Source: Camelus dromedarius
Taxonomy: Eukaryota
Assembly (NCBI RefSeq): GCF_036321535.1
Contig: NC_087436.1
Location: forward strand, 28,088,001 to 28,152,000
DNA: 64,000 nucleotides
Direction of reading: 5' to 3'
This document shows, in pieces, positions 40,663-54,382 of this stretch. Position 1 is the first letter of the stretch. Each line of letters starts with the position of its first letter. Position numbers and translations under genes: made by a program. The notes below the pieces were generated by a model. That model was given only the letters and a program-made list of their open reading frames with translations, searched no databases and was not told the origin of the DNA.

Positions 40663-41838
40663 ACAATATAAACTCAAAATTGGTTAAAGACCTATACGTA
40701 AGACCAGATACTATAAAACTCATAGAGGAAAACATAGGCATAATGTTCTATGACATGTATTGCAGTAATATTTTGAATCTGTCTCCTAAAGTAAAGAAAA
40801 TAAAAGCAAAAATAAATGAATGGGACCCAATTAAACTTAAAAGCTTTTGCACAGCAAAGGAAATTATAAGCAAAACAAAATGATAACCTATGGAATGGGA
40901 GAAAACATTTGCAAATGTTATAACCAATAAGGGAGTAATATCCAAAATATATAAGCAGGTCATACAACTCAACATCAAAAAACAAACAACCCAATTAAAA
41001 AGTGGGCAGAAGAACTGAATAGGCATTTTCCAAAAAGGACAAGGAAATGGCCATCAAACAACATCACTAATCAATAGGGAAATGCAAATCAGAACCACAA
41101 TGAGGTACCATTGTCAGATGGCAATCATCAAAAAGAATACAAATAACAAATGTTGGCGAGGATGAGGAGAAAGGGAACCCTCGTACACTATTGGTGGGAA
41201 TGTAAATTAGTGCAGCCGCTGTCAAAAAACTAAAAATAGAACTACTATATGACCCAGCTATTTCCACTTCTGGGTATATATCCAAAGAAAACCAAAAACA
41301 CTAACTATAAAAGATACATGCATCCCAATGTTCATAGTAGCATTATTTATAATTGCCAAGATATGGAAGCAACCTAAGTGTCCATTAACAGATGAATGAA
41401 CAGGGAAGATGTGGTATTTTTATATATATATTTATTTATTTATATTTATATTTATATATAATGGAATACTACTCAGCCATAAAAAAGAACGATATTTTAT
41501 CATCTGCAGCAACATGGATGGACTTGGAGGGCATTGTGCAAGTAAAATAAATCAGACAGAAAAAGTCAAATATTGTATGATTATCACTTATATATGGAAT
41601 CTAAAAAATAAAACAAACTAGCATATATAACAACAAAGAAGCAGACTCACAGATACAGGGAACAAACTAATGGTTACCAGTGGGGTGGAGGAGTGGAAGG
41701 TACAAACTATTGAGTGTAAAATAGACTCAAGGATATATTGTACTATATGGAGAATATAGCCAATATTCTGTTATAACTGTAAATGGAAAGAAACCTTTAA
41801 ATTATATAAAAAGTTTTAAAAATTAAAAAAAAAAAAGA
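40663..41838 (+). mobile_element. 5'-truncated L1: ORF2 C-terminal part, 3' UTR and poly(A)
   Basis: ORF track 40602-40883 gives L1 ORF2 'INSKLVKDLYVRPDTIKLIEENIG…WDPIKLKSFCTAKE'. The UTR ends in an A tail at about 41825-41838, and an AT-rich (TA/TATT) expansion lies at about 41418-41460. Confidence 0.92.
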
Positions 41839-42120
41839 AACCAATCACAAAGATCTTATACTGTATGGTTACATTTAAATGAAATGTCCAGAATAGGCAA
41901 ATCTATACAGACAGAAAGTAGATTAGTGCTTGTCTAGGGCTGAGAGGATGGGGGATGACTGCTGAAAGGGAAGGGGTTTCTTTTTGGGGTGATAAAAGTA
42001 TTCTAAAATGGGCTGTGATGGTTTTACAACTCTTTGAATGTACCACAAGTATCATTATATTGTATACTTTAAATAGGTGAATCATATGGTATGTGAATTA
42101 TATCTCAATAAAGCTGTTAG
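41839..42120 (+). mobile_element. L1MB-like 3' end
   Basis: 'atgaaatgtccagaataggcaaatctatacagacagaaagtagattagtg…ggtatgtgaattatatctcaataaagctgtt'. Confidence 0.85.
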
Positions 42121-43029
42121 CAAATATGTACATATGTTTTAATGCTATTGATATCAAAATTAAATAACTAAAACCACACACTTAAACCTCGTTCAGTATT
42201 ACTAAAAATAATAAATAGATGCTATTTAATTGTATCACAATTTTTGTTTTAAGCAACTTTTTATGCTTATCCCTTTGTAATGAACATTAGTTGAACTAGT
42301 CCCTGAAAGTGCAATCTAACTTACATGTTATTAATAATAAAAACATTATTTTATTATTTCAAAGTATTTATAGAAACTGAAGTATCTTAGGAAAAACAAA
42401 GGAATAGAAATAATTTGCAATTACATTATCAATGTATTCTTAGAAATACATTTTAAAATTAACTGATATTTGAAAAATATTTTCTAATGGTTTTACAGAC
42501 AACTTGAGAATATTTTTAAAGTATGAATTTGTTTTGAAAACTATCTGTAACTGTAGGAAAAAAAGTTACACTTAAATTTTTCCTCCTCAATATAATTTCA
42601 CATTTTTTACATGAAGTTAAGCCAATTAGCAGAATCTAAATGTAATTCACATTGCAATATATTTCATTGCCCTCAATTATAGCATGTTGTTATTCCAAAA
42701 CTTTGATGTTTAAGGAATTTATATTATTTCTATAATTATTTCAGGATCCCCTTTCAAAACTTGTTGTGGACTTGGAATATATTATTTCTAAATGTACAAA
42801 AATTTAAGCCTAAAATTTTATACATTTTTATCATTTTCAAAGGTTTTTGCTAATTGGGCTATTTCTTCAAAGTTAAGAATTTGATGAGTTTCTTATGTGA
42901 ATAAATCTTTTAGTAGGTCATGATCTTTTAATAATGTCAGATGGATTTATAGGGCTGTCTTATATGATGAATAAAAACAGAAGAAAATAAGGTATTAGTC
43001 CTTAAGAGTCAGTAATTTACATGACATAA

Positions 43030-43270
43030 TAATGTCTAATATTTACTAAGTATTTATCTTTGCCAAGAATTATCCTAAATATTTTATATAAATTTTCTCA
43101 TTTAATCCTCATAATAATGGTATGAGATAGGTACTACTATGATCATCATTTTACAGATGAGGACATTGAAGCAACCATTAAAATCACTTACTAGAATTTC
43201 CACCATTAAATTAGAACCAGGGTTGGAACCCTTACATAAAGACCCCATAGCCTAGTCTTTTAACTACAAA
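43030..43270 (-). mobile_element. MIR SINE
   Basis: 'ctcatttaatcctcataataatggtatgagataggtact…attttacagatgaggacattgaagc'. Confidence 0.8.
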
Positions 43271-43687
43271 TATGAATGCAAGTAAAAGCCTCAAATTGAA
43301 CACAAGCATCGAAATCTTTCTGTAGAATATCTACTGAACACATGGCAGGTTGTACTTTTTGTAAATTTTCTCATATAGCTTTTCCGTGAGAAGGATTTGA
43401 AAGGAAGTTTAATACAGACAGAAAGAATAATTTTAAAATTATAGATTAACACATGAAGAGTATTGATGTTGGCATTGTTATTCATTGCTTTTTGTAACTA
43501 GAACATACAGTCTGAAAATGGTTAAAGTTAAGAATTGGGAACAATAAATGTTAGTTTTAGTCAAATTGTGTTCTGCTTAATTGCACAGAAAAGAGAATGA
43601 AGTTAATTATAAATTAAATAAGAAGCCATTAAAGACTTCTTAAAAATGTACAAAGAAATAAACAATATTGAACTATCTTAACTCTCG

Positions 43688-44212
43688 TATTGCAAAAAAA
43701 GGAAATGAGAGAGCACAAATTTGAGGTATATAAACTGTTAAGCATCTCAGTGGTGGGATCCACTGGGACCCACCAAGTGACAAAAACAGCAGCCACGGGG
43801 AAAAAAACAGTATAAACATTTTTTGCTAACTTAAACAAAGCCCTCCCAAAATATTGCCATCATAAATCCCCTCTCCAAAAGGTTTACAGCCAGAAAGGAG
43901 ACAGATCGATTCTACCCACATGAGAAATTACATACACAGAACTTTCTAAACCTTTCGCTTGTTTCCCCTCACTTGTTTCTCATTAGTTTCCCACCATTCG
44001 ATTTCCCTTGAAGTCTTTAGCCCCTCTTCTCTTTTAAGACGATATATAAACCCTTGACTGTCCAGGGAGCCACTTCCGGTGTACTCACACATACAAGAAT
44101 AAACTTTGTTTTTCTCCTATTAATGCATCTTTTGAACTTTGATAGTTAATTCATAGGCCCCCAATCACTAATCCTAAACTAGTAAAGTGAAAAATTTTTA
44201 TTTCCTGCTAAC
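43688..44212 (+). mobile_element. Solo ERV1-like LTR
   Basis: TATATAAA at about 44043, AATAAA at about 44098 followed by 'ctttgttttctcctattaat', and an end in '…ttttatttcctgctaaca'. The 5' boundary is uncertain. Confidence 0.7.
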
Positions 44213-45669
44213 ATCAGATAGATGGAAATTAAGTGATAAACATTAGTTTCTTTGTTCATTCTTCCAAGTAAAAGGCATTGATTCTTATTTTACACAGGAT
44301 AGCATGTTTTGTAGAATCAGCGAAAGGAAGTTTCTTCTTCCAGAAAAATGCTGTCCCTGGCAATTAGGTAAATAGATTTTTCTTTTTTTCAGAAGTGAAG
44401 AATCTTAACACACCATCCTAGATGGACAGAATCCAAATTTACACTTTCACAACATCATTATGAAATTTGTGTGCACATTAAAGTGTGAGAAGTACTGTCC
44501 TCTCTCAGGGGAAGATATTTCTTTCAAATTCTTCAAGTGACAATTTTCAAATTCTCATGTTTCTTTTCTGTCACTCAAATCACCTCAGATAGGTAATTGA
44601 CATCACTTAAATTAGTGGGTCATGAATGTCACTTAGAATCACAGCCAGAAAACTTTTCAAGCCCACGTAATTTTCATGCTTGATAGGAAATGTGTTTCAT
44701 TGCCAGGTACCAAAACTCATCAGCAGAATACTCTCAAGACATATGTATACACAAACACACACACACACACATATATATATCTCAACAGTGGTAAACCTAA
44801 TAGCAGATTATAATAACAATAAGAATTTAAAAAATTGCTAATAGTGAGATTTTACTCTTAGTGTCTGGCACTGTTGTAAGTATGTATATGTAAGTATGTA
44901 TGTAATAATTTATATCCAACCACAACCTCTAGGAGGTCAATATTATTCTTGGCAGTCTGAAAGAGGGAATAACTTTCATAGAATCCATTACCGAAGGAAA
45001 AAAAAAAGAATTAAAGAAAAAAAAGAACTAAACTATTTGAATTTTTTCTGGACCAGTAGATTAGAATGCAGTAAAAGCTTAACTGTAAATAAAGTAAAAT
45101 CCAAACCATAAGACTTTCTTGAAAGAAAGGGAATTTATTTTACAGTTTAATTGATTTGAAGGGAGAAATTGCTGAGTGGGTTCTGATTAACTTGTTGAAG
45201 ATGCGAGCAACTGGCAACAATCATACCAATTACAAGGCATTTAAGCAACCTCAATAAAATTAGTGGTAATTCTAAACAACTCCATCTTACACAGAGATTG
45301 GTTTACTTTTTCTATAAATTCAAATTCTGGTTATGCAAATCCTAATTGTCTAATCACAAATCAAGCTAGATTATTTTTACTTATCTTTGAGGGAATCTGG
45401 AAGCTGCATTCAAAACTCTGGTAGGTGGACACAGAGACCTGTATCATCCATGCAAGGAAATCTTACAAAGAAAACTGAAAGATCAAGCCCATATGGTTGG
45501 CTTAATGTGACAAATAGGCAGGCTATGTGAAATGAGAAAGTGACAGACTGAAGATCACCAGCATTGAAGAGCACAATAGAGTAGAAAATGTACTGGTCCA
45601 GGGATTTGGAGCCCTGACTTAATCCTGATTCTGCCATCTACTTACTGTGTAATCTTGAGAAAGTCTCTT

Positions 45670-46100
45670 TCTATAGTTAGCTATTGCTATGTGAAACACA
45701 CACACACACACATATATTTTCACTGGATTAAAACAAGAAGCATTTATTTCATACTTAAGAACCTGCATATGCAGGTTGGCTGGGGTTTGGCTGATCTTGG
45801 CTGACTTCACTGGGCTTGGCTACAAGCTATCATTTGAGTCCAGGTCTGCTCCATGGGTCCTCATTCTCCTTGGGCCAGCATTCCCTAAAGCATATCTGAC
45901 CCATGGCCAAAGGCAGGAATGCAAAAGGGCAAGTTCAACCAGTACAAGCTCATTTCGGGTCCTGGTGTCATGTCTGTCTGCCAAATAACTGGCCAAAGCT
46001 AAACACAAACCAAACTTAAACTGAAAGGGAGGGGAAGTCCACTTCATTACTAGGAGGCCACGGCATGGGTGTGCATGACCAATCACTCAAGCTATCACAG
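45670..46100 (-). mobile_element. MaLR LTR (older MLT1 subfamily)
   Basis: 'gttagctattgctatg…ttaaaacaagaagcatttattt…ggctggggtttggctgatcttggctg…ggccaaagcta'. Confidence 0.7.
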
Positions 46101-46299
46101 TCTTCACTTTGTCTTTAGCTTCCACATCCATAAACCAAGGAAGGTAGATTTCATAGCTACCAGGGCACTTATAGTTCTTAACATCGTTCTGCAAATGTAG
46201 AAGAAATTCCACAAGATTCTGTAGTACTGTTTATAAACTACTGCCCTGTAGGCTGGATTCAAACATGGTTTAGCCTGTCTTCAGAGAATTCTAAAATAA

Positions 46300-46528
46300 T
46301 CTTAATTAGTTAAAAATATTTTTGAAACCAGGGTATTTCATACAAAAATCGAGAATTCAGATGTTTCTTGTAGGCTCCTAATATTTGGCAGTGGTGACAC
46401 CGACTACGCAGGGCATACCTCTCTAGATCATCACTGCTCCCAGCCTCACCCTCAGCACACACGCTCTATCCTCATACACCCAGCCCACTGCACTTATTTA
46501 TATTACTTGCCTCAACCCCGTGGCCATT
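46300..46528. mobile_element. hAT-Charlie transposon fragment (MER102-like)
   Basis: 'cccagcccactgcacttatttatattacttgcctcaaccccgtggccattt' resembles the MER102 terminus. Confidence 0.5.
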
Positions 46529-46829
46529 TTTTCTTTCTTTCTTTCTTTTTTCTTTTTCAGCTTTGTTAGGTAGAATTATTACAGTTCAACTGCACATATA
46601 CATTATATTGCTTGTAAATACATATTTACAGTATACTGCACATTTTTAAAAATTTACATATATGCACTGATCATTGTTTTTAAGAACAGATTAGAGCTTT
46701 AGCTTTTTAAACGTGGTTATCAAAGGAATAAAGACAACTACAAAATAAGAATCAACAGAATTCAGTAATCCAATCATAAAGGATAGTCAAATGTGCTTAT
46801 ATATATTCAAGAAAACAATCATCTAAGTT

Positions 46830-48415
46830 ATAAATAAGTAGTTCATTTGTGTCATTATTATTTTTTAGATTCCTTATATAAATGATGTCATATGGCATTT
46901 TTCTTTCTCTTTCTGGCCCACTTGGAATGACCATCTACAGGTCCATCCATATGGCATTATTTTATTCTTTTTTTACGGCTGGGTAGTGTTCCATCATATA
47001 TATGTACCACATCTTCTTTATCTAGTCATCTGTTGGACATTTGGGTTGTTTTCACGTCTTGGCTATTGTAGATAGTGCTGCTATGAACATTGGGGTGCAT
47101 GTGTCTTTTTGAATTTTATTTTCTCTGGATATATGCCCAGGAGTGGGATTGCTGTATCACATGTTAAGTCTATTTTCAGTTTTTTAAGGAACTTCCATAC
47201 TGTCCTCCATAGTGGCTGCACCAATCTACACTCCCACCAACAGTGTAGAAGGGTTCCTTTTTCTCCGTACCCTTTCCAGCAACTATCATTTGTAGACTTT
47301 TTAATAATGGCCATTCTGGCTGGTGTGAGGTGGTATCTCATTGTAGTTTTGATCTGCATTTCTCTGACAATTAGTGATGCTGAGTATTTTTTCATGTGCC
47401 TATTGGATATTTGTATGTATTCACTGGAGAACTGCTTGTTAAGTCTTCTGCTCATTTTTGGATTGGGTTGCTTGCTTCTTTGATATTAAGGTGTATGAGC
47501 TGTTTACATATTTTGGAAATTAGTCCCTTGTCTGTTGCATCATTTGCAAATATTTTCTCCCATTCTGCAGGTTGTCTTTTCGTTTTTTTGATGGTATCCT
47601 TAGTTGTGCAAAAGCTTTTAAATTTAATTAGATCCCATTTGTTTATTTTTGCTTTTATTTCTATTACTCCAGGAGATAGTTCAAAAAATATATTGTGATT
47701 TATGTCCAAGAGTGTTCTGCCTGTGTTTTCCTCTAGGAGTTTTGTAGTATCTGATCTTATATTTAAGTCTTTAATCCATTTTGAGTTTATTTTTCTACAT
47801 GGTGTTAGAGAATGTTCTAATTTCAGTCTTTTACAGGTAGCTGTCCAGTTTTCCCAGCACCATTTATTGAAGAGACTCTCTTTTCTCCATTGTATATTCT
47901 TGCCTTCTTTGTCATAGATTAACTGATAATATGTGTGTGGGTTTATTTCTGAACTTTCTATCCTGTTCCATTGATCTATGTGTCTATTTTTGTGCCAGTA
48001 CAATACTGCTTTGATTACTGTAGCTTTGTAGTATAGTCTGAAGTCAGGGAGCATGATCCTTCCAACTCCATTCTTATTTTTCAAGATTATTTTTGGCTAT
48101 TCAGGGTCTTTTGTGTTTCCATACAAATTTTAACATTTTTTTGTTCCAGCTCTGTGGAGAATGTTGTTGGTAATTTGATAGGGACTGCATTCAATCTGTA
48201 AATTGCCTTGGGCAGTATGGCCATTTTAACAATATTGATTATTCCAATCCAAGAACATGGTATAACTTTCCATTTGTTTATGTTGTCTTCAATTCCCTTC
48301 ATCAGTATCTTACAGTTTTTGGCATACAGATCTTTTGCCTCCTTGGGTAGGTTTATTCCTAGGTATTTTATTCTTTTTGGCATGATAGTGAATGGTATCA
48401 TTTCCTTAATTTCCT
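46830..48415 (-). mobile_element. L1 element, comparatively young; ORF2 C-terminal third plus partial 3' UTR
   Basis: Three consecutive minus-strand ORFs translate to L1 ORF2 and are followed by 3' UTR sequence. No poly(A) or TSD is visible. Confidence 0.95.
47081..48401 (-). pseudogene. Disrupted L1 ORF2p C-terminal region (post-RT through Cys-rich domain)
   Basis: ORFs 48087-48401 (IKYLGINL…PCSWIG), 47452-48084 ([13 protein letters not shown]…[18 protein letters not shown] motif) and 47081-47455 ([22 protein letters not shown]-type), separated by stop/frameshift lesions. Confidence 0.92.
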
Positions 48416-48425
48416 AGATAAAGAG

Positions 48426-48429
<4 letters not shown>

Positions 48430-48459
<30 letters not shown>
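48430..48459. repeat. (AC)15 microsatellite
   Basis: Read directly from the sequence. Confidence 0.95.
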
Positions 48460-48465
<6 letters not shown>

Positions 48466-50869
48466 ATGTAACTTCGGAAACTGTGTTTTCAAAACCAATT
48501 AATTTTGTTCCTCATGCTTGTAATTCTACAGGAATGAACAGAAGTCCAAATATCTCACTAATTTTAGGAAATTTTACCTGCATGTTTCTCCATCTCTTTC
48601 CATTTCACGCTTACCTTCTTGAAATGTTACCTCCACTACTGAGATCTCATTCCTCACCATTCCATCACTCCTCCACCCAGTGTTCTGCCCTCTGCTCCCA
48701 ACTAAAGCATTAAAACTGCAACTGTCAAAGTTAACAACATACTCTTGCTTCAAAATCCAATTAATTGAGTCCATTTATTGACCTTTTCTATATTTAATTT
48801 AAAAAGTGATAAAAACATTCTCTAGGTGAATGTATTCTTTTCAAAAATAAACAAAATAAAATGGGAACAAATTATATCCACTCATTTTTCCATATTTTTT
48901 CACTATTTTGGCCTCAAATGTTTAAATATCTCCCAAGTATTTTGCTGCTTTCCTTTGACTTGATTAATGGCTGTTTTCACTTTTTTTAATCACAAGGCTC
49001 TTGTACATATATGTGTTTAGTTTTCCCTTGAACAATTCCCTTCCTTTTGCTTCTGAGAAAACACACTCTCCCCCTTTTGCTTGATTTTCTTCATGCTTCT
49101 ATGATTCTATTCAGTTTCCTGTTCAGAGTAAATTCCTGCTCTTCTATTTTATTTTATTATTTATTTCATTTTTTTATTTGATTTTTAGTATCCTCTATGG
49201 GATGCTTTCCCTTTTTCTTACCTGCCCACAGATTAACCTTGCACAAGCTTCTTTTTTTTTCTTTTTTTCCCAAGGCTCAACTTTAATGTATACTCTGAAG
49301 ATTCATAAATACTATTTCCAGTCCAGAAATGTCTTCATAACTTCAGACATATATCGATCTGCCAGGAGCATCTATACTTAGATGTTGCACAAGCTCTAGA
49401 CACTCAGTATGCATAATTCTAAGCTCATTATTTCCCAGCCAACCAGCACCTGTTTCTTTCATGATCACAGTGAAAGACAGTAGCATATATTCAATTGCCT
49501 AAACTGGACATTTTTACTCCTCTTTCTTTCTCTTATCATCTAAACACAAGAAATTCCCAACACTAAACCATTTGTAAGTATTTTTATATTCAACCACTTT
49601 TAAACACAGCCATGACCACTACCATATTATAAGTTCCTGACTAATTACTCCAACATATATGCCACAAAATTTTAACTAGAATAATATATTAATAATAGGC
49701 AAGTTGAATAATGACACTCCCCTATATATAGAGGATGGCACTGGACAGAGAATAAAATTCTTGTGGTTTTTTTTTTTTTAATCCAGGTATATAGAGCCTA
49801 AAAAGCCCAATCATTCTCCTTAAGAGTTGCATGGCTCAGAAACAGTACAGCACTATTGTTCAAAAGTCATTCTCCTTGGACAGACTGCCTTCAATGAATT
49901 GCTACTTCACCTGTTTCCTAATCTGCATCATGAGATTAATATGGTCCCTTCTGGTACTTACAGGTTTGTGAAACAATGCCCAATCCAGTGAAAGCACTCA
50001 ACAGATATTAGATGCTATTATCTGTCAGTTTTAAAAATATTTTTGTCCTCTACTTTTCTTATGTGATCTTTCCAGTTTTCAGCAAATAATGTTTTTGGAT
50101 GTATAATGTGTCAGGCTAGTACTAAGCTAAAAAAACATGATCCAATGCTATATGGATAACTCTTTCCCTAATAAGCATACAGACTAGACTGGAAAAAAAG
50201 AGAATTTTTAAAAATGTAATTTCCCAAAGGTTTATTTAATTATACAAAGGCTTATTTAATTACAGCTGTGGTAAGTTTACTAAAGAAAAATATTCAATGG
50301 AATCAGTTACAAGGAAATCTGACCTAGGGATATGACATATAACCCGAGTCTAAAGCATGAGCAAAAGTTAGCTAGATAAATGAGGTTTAAAGGACAGAAA
50401 ATTTATAAGAGGGCAAAATATTCAGATTTCCTATCTTGATCCCAAACTCTTGATTGTTTGAATTTGCTTAGTCCCTGTTTTTCAAATGAGCATACTCTTT
50501 ATTGCTCAACCCTTAAGCTTAAGTTTTTTTATGACCTAGTGCATTATTCTCAACTATACTCACATTTCTTTGTAGTTCAACCTTGACCTCATTCCTCTTT
50601 TGTTATGTTTTCTCATCAGGAATACTGTTTTTTTCTTTTCCCTTTTCATTAGGGATAAAAATAATTTAAATTACCTCAATTGCATCTCCAGACTCTTAGT
50701 CTTTCACTCCTATCACTGAAAAAATTTTACTCTTGTTCTTGAATGTTATCATACTTATGTATTGATGGCATTGTATCCTAAAACTTCTGAATATTGTTGT
50801 CATTCATATATATATATATATATACACATATGTGTATGTATGTTGCACTGTTGCTTACTCCATCTATTA

Positions 50870-51050
50870 GGGAAAGTGCAGACTGGATAATAGCAGTAGG
50901 CATCTAAATCATACTCCCCCACTTACTAGTTGTGCTTTCACGGGCAAGTTCTTAACCTCTTTGTGCATCAATTTTATCATGTGCAAATATGGAATAATAA
51001 CAATTGTGTATCTTTGTGTTTCTTTTATTTATTTGAGGGGAAAATGAGAT
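50870..51050 (+). mobile_element. MIR fragment
   Basis: 'ccacttactagttgtgctttcacgggcaagttcttaacctctttgtgcatcaattttatcatgtgcaaatatggaataata'. Confidence 0.75.
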
Positions 51051-52289
51051 TACATATTCGTTAACATATAATAAGTTTTTAATAACATTATTTTCATTAG
51101 CTTCTTTTCTTCTGATGTAAAATATCAGATCTAACCTGTATGAATTCTAAAGCCTATTCTATCCTTTAGTTTATGTTCATGTACCGTAACAAGATAGGAT
51201 TGTCTCCCACCTTTGCCAGTTCTTATCCTGGTAGGAAGATTTTTCTTTAAGCCTAATAAAATCCCACGAGAAGTACTCATTTTTACAGAGATAACAAATG
51301 TTTACTTTATAGATGCTCCACTTTGAGGAATCCAAAGATCTCCTCACATAGACTACTCTAAGGATCTATCACTGCTTTCCTTGGATAGAGACAAGTGAGG
51401 GCCTCCGGATCTCAAATCACTCCTATTGTATTATTTAGTGATGATTACAGGCCAGTGATTTAAGAAGTAGAGGCATTTTAGAGATGAGAAAGCTGAAGAT
51501 AAGAATGATTAAGAAATGTATGGGAAGTTATACAACTGAGTAAGCAGATCTCTCTGATGACTAAGTTCAAGGGTATATGATAAGGAAGCAAATTAGAAAG
51601 GGAAAAATATGAGTGATAATGTTTACCTGTTTATCTAAATATTGCCTACAAAAACAGTGTTGTTAACAGATGACTGCTGTGGGTAGTTCAAAGTTATTAG
51701 TATTTTTAAAGGGTTGGTTATTTAGAATTTATTTATCTCTTGTATTAATCAATAATAATCTTTTTGAAATATCTAATACCAAAATTTATCAACTTAAAAA
51801 GTTAATCCAGAATTTTTAAATGATAGTATGCAGTGTTTTATAACTCAGAGAGAAACATCCCAAAGCATCAATATTATGAATAAATGTGAGCTGTAGGAAA
51901 AGAAAGAAAACGCTATTATTTCAATGGCACCTGGGATATTACTTAAAATATCATAGCTAAATATAATGATAAATTGTATAGTTATTAAATTAGAGCATTT
52001 TCTAGTTTATTAAGGCTTTTGATTTTGTTATTATGATCTTTATGTTGTTTCTAAAAGGCTATGTTTCTTGCACCTCCAAATGGATGCCACCAATTTTAAG
52101 TGATCTTCTGTTATATACATTTCCAGAGGGATACTCTAATGAAAATCTCCTTCTCTTCATATATATTTTTATATTCAGACACACTTTTGCTAATAGCTGG
52201 TCTATTTTGTTTCATCATAGCTCTATTCTCTGTTTACTTGGATGCTGGCTGTATTTATACATCGGATCTACTGTTGGACAATAGTTTGA

Positions 52290-52490
52290 TTTGCACCGAA
52301 ACATTAATTCTCTGTATTCAAAAAGAATCTATATGAGTTGTGAGACCTTGGACAAATTATGGAAACTTTACCGAAACTTTCCCACTTGTACACCAGTGAT
52401 AGCAGTAGTACCTAATTTATAAATTTGTTGTGAGGAGTAACTGCGTTAATTTAATCAGAGTTGGCAGTACCTGGTACCTTGTAAGCATTT
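52290..52490 (+). mobile_element. MIR fragment
   Basis: 'gttgtgagaccttggacaaattat…tagtacctaatttataaatttgttgtgaggagtaa'. Confidence 0.65.
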
Positions 52491-54149
52491 TCTTGGAGAA
52501 TGTAAGATATTAAGGTGTCTCTACTTTACAGAAGCGGATTTTTAAAATTTTCTGATAATTTGAACTGATAAAAATGTACACTTCAAACATGCTGTCTCTA
52601 TTTTACTTCGGAACACCATATATCCAAGAACTTAAGCACCCATTATGGTGCGTGAGTTACCACTTTTTCTTACCCTTTTCTGTTCAGAATCTTAAAATAC
52701 AGAAAACAGCAGCAGTAAGTAACTGTGCACTCCTTTAAGAAAGAAACTAATTTTAAGGTAATTAGAATCTGATACATTAACCTCTGATCACAAACACACA
52801 GAGAAAAAATGCTCTCCTATTAAAGGATTAGTATGTGTCTATTTTATGTCGATAGTCAACTCCTTTCTTATATTAAAGGAAAATACTGAATAGATTCTGG
52901 CATGCCATCAATCGTAACCTGGGTCATATTCGTATCTTTATTTCTGTGTATTTAGGTAAAAGTTTTAAAAAAATCTCTGAAGGGTCTTGAAGCCAATGCC
53001 ATATTAAACTGATAGTCTAATTCACTTTGTTATTCTATGGTAAATATTATTACTTATGTTTTTAAGCTTCTGAATGCTACAATGTGTAGTATCAATATCA
53101 CTTCAACCTTATCACATAGCTTTTGACAGGGATGCATTTAAAATATTTTATTGTTAGTAGTGTCAAACTGTGTTTTCTTGTTTATGTTTTTACACCATAG
53201 GAAATTAAACATCTATAAAGAGCATCCTTGTGCAACAGCTTTCTATTTCTGGAAAATAGGTTATTCCATTTTTTAAGATCCCAAGATGAGATTTCACTCT
53301 CATGCCATCTGGCAAGATAATAAGATAACATCTAAAATCAATACTTTAATATGATCCTGGCTAAAAACTAACCTCAATGAGAATTAATGGCATATGGCTG
53401 AAGCTTAAAAAAAAAAAAAAAAGGCTAATGCTACTTTTTGAAAAATGCACAAAGAATAGTTTTTTTAATAAAGAAAACAAAGAATAAAGAGACTTGTAAC
53501 TTATAGAAGAATTGCTCATCGCATATGATGAAAATATTTTTATAAAAAACCTCTTCTCAAATATATTTTATGTTTAGCTTGCAAAGCTCCAATTTTTTAA
53601 ATAAAAGAATAAAGCAATATGTTAATCAGTAAGATAAGTTAAAGACAAAATGAGACAACAAACATGCAAAAAATCCATAGTTGTGGTACACAAGGGAATT
53701 TAAGATAAAAAACGAAATTATAATAAAGGAAAAAGAACAAAAACCATAGAAATTATAAGCAACATAAATCCTGTATTTGTACTTCTGCTTCCTTTATGCA
53801 TATATTTTAAATTGAAATGAGAAAAGAGAATGTGTTTATATGAATTCCTCAAGTATGGATCTTAATCTCCAAACACTATATGTGTTTGATGGGGATGGAA
53901 CTACGATTGGAACTGATATTTTGTTTAATCACATTGAAGTTGAGAGTCAGATCTCTGTGATTTCAAGCCTTTGACATTTGCTGTTTGTTTTATGACTCTG
54001 TATGTTGTCAACATTCTAAAATGCTCTTTGTATATAGAGTGCATTCTTAAGCTTTCACTACACATTTTATTCCTGTGTATTATAAAAGAGAGATATTAAA
54101 CATCAGATCAAGCTTGTTATTTTGTTTTTCATATGGTTTATATCTTTAG

Positions 54150-54382
54150 TGATTTTTAATACATCTTGTCTTTTAAGAGCAGTTTTTGATTCACAGCAAA
54201 ATTAAGTAGAAGGAACAGATATTTCTGATATACCTCCTGCCCCAACACAAGCATAGCTCCCTCATTATCAACATTCCTTACCAGAGTGGTACATTTGTTA
54301 TAATTGTTAAAACTACATTGACACATGATTATCACTCAAAGCTCACAGTTTACATTAGGGCTCACTCTTGGTGTTTACATTA
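54150..54382 (-). mobile_element. L1MC-like 3' end
   Basis: 'ttttaagagcagtttttgattcacagcaaaattaagtagaagg…cagtttacattagggctcactcttggtgt' is the antisense L1MC 3' UTR. Confidence 0.8.

Noticed and set aside
47452..48084. Longest ORF (210 aa) as a host gene
   Set aside because: It is a fragment of L1 ORF2 flanked by disrupted continuations.
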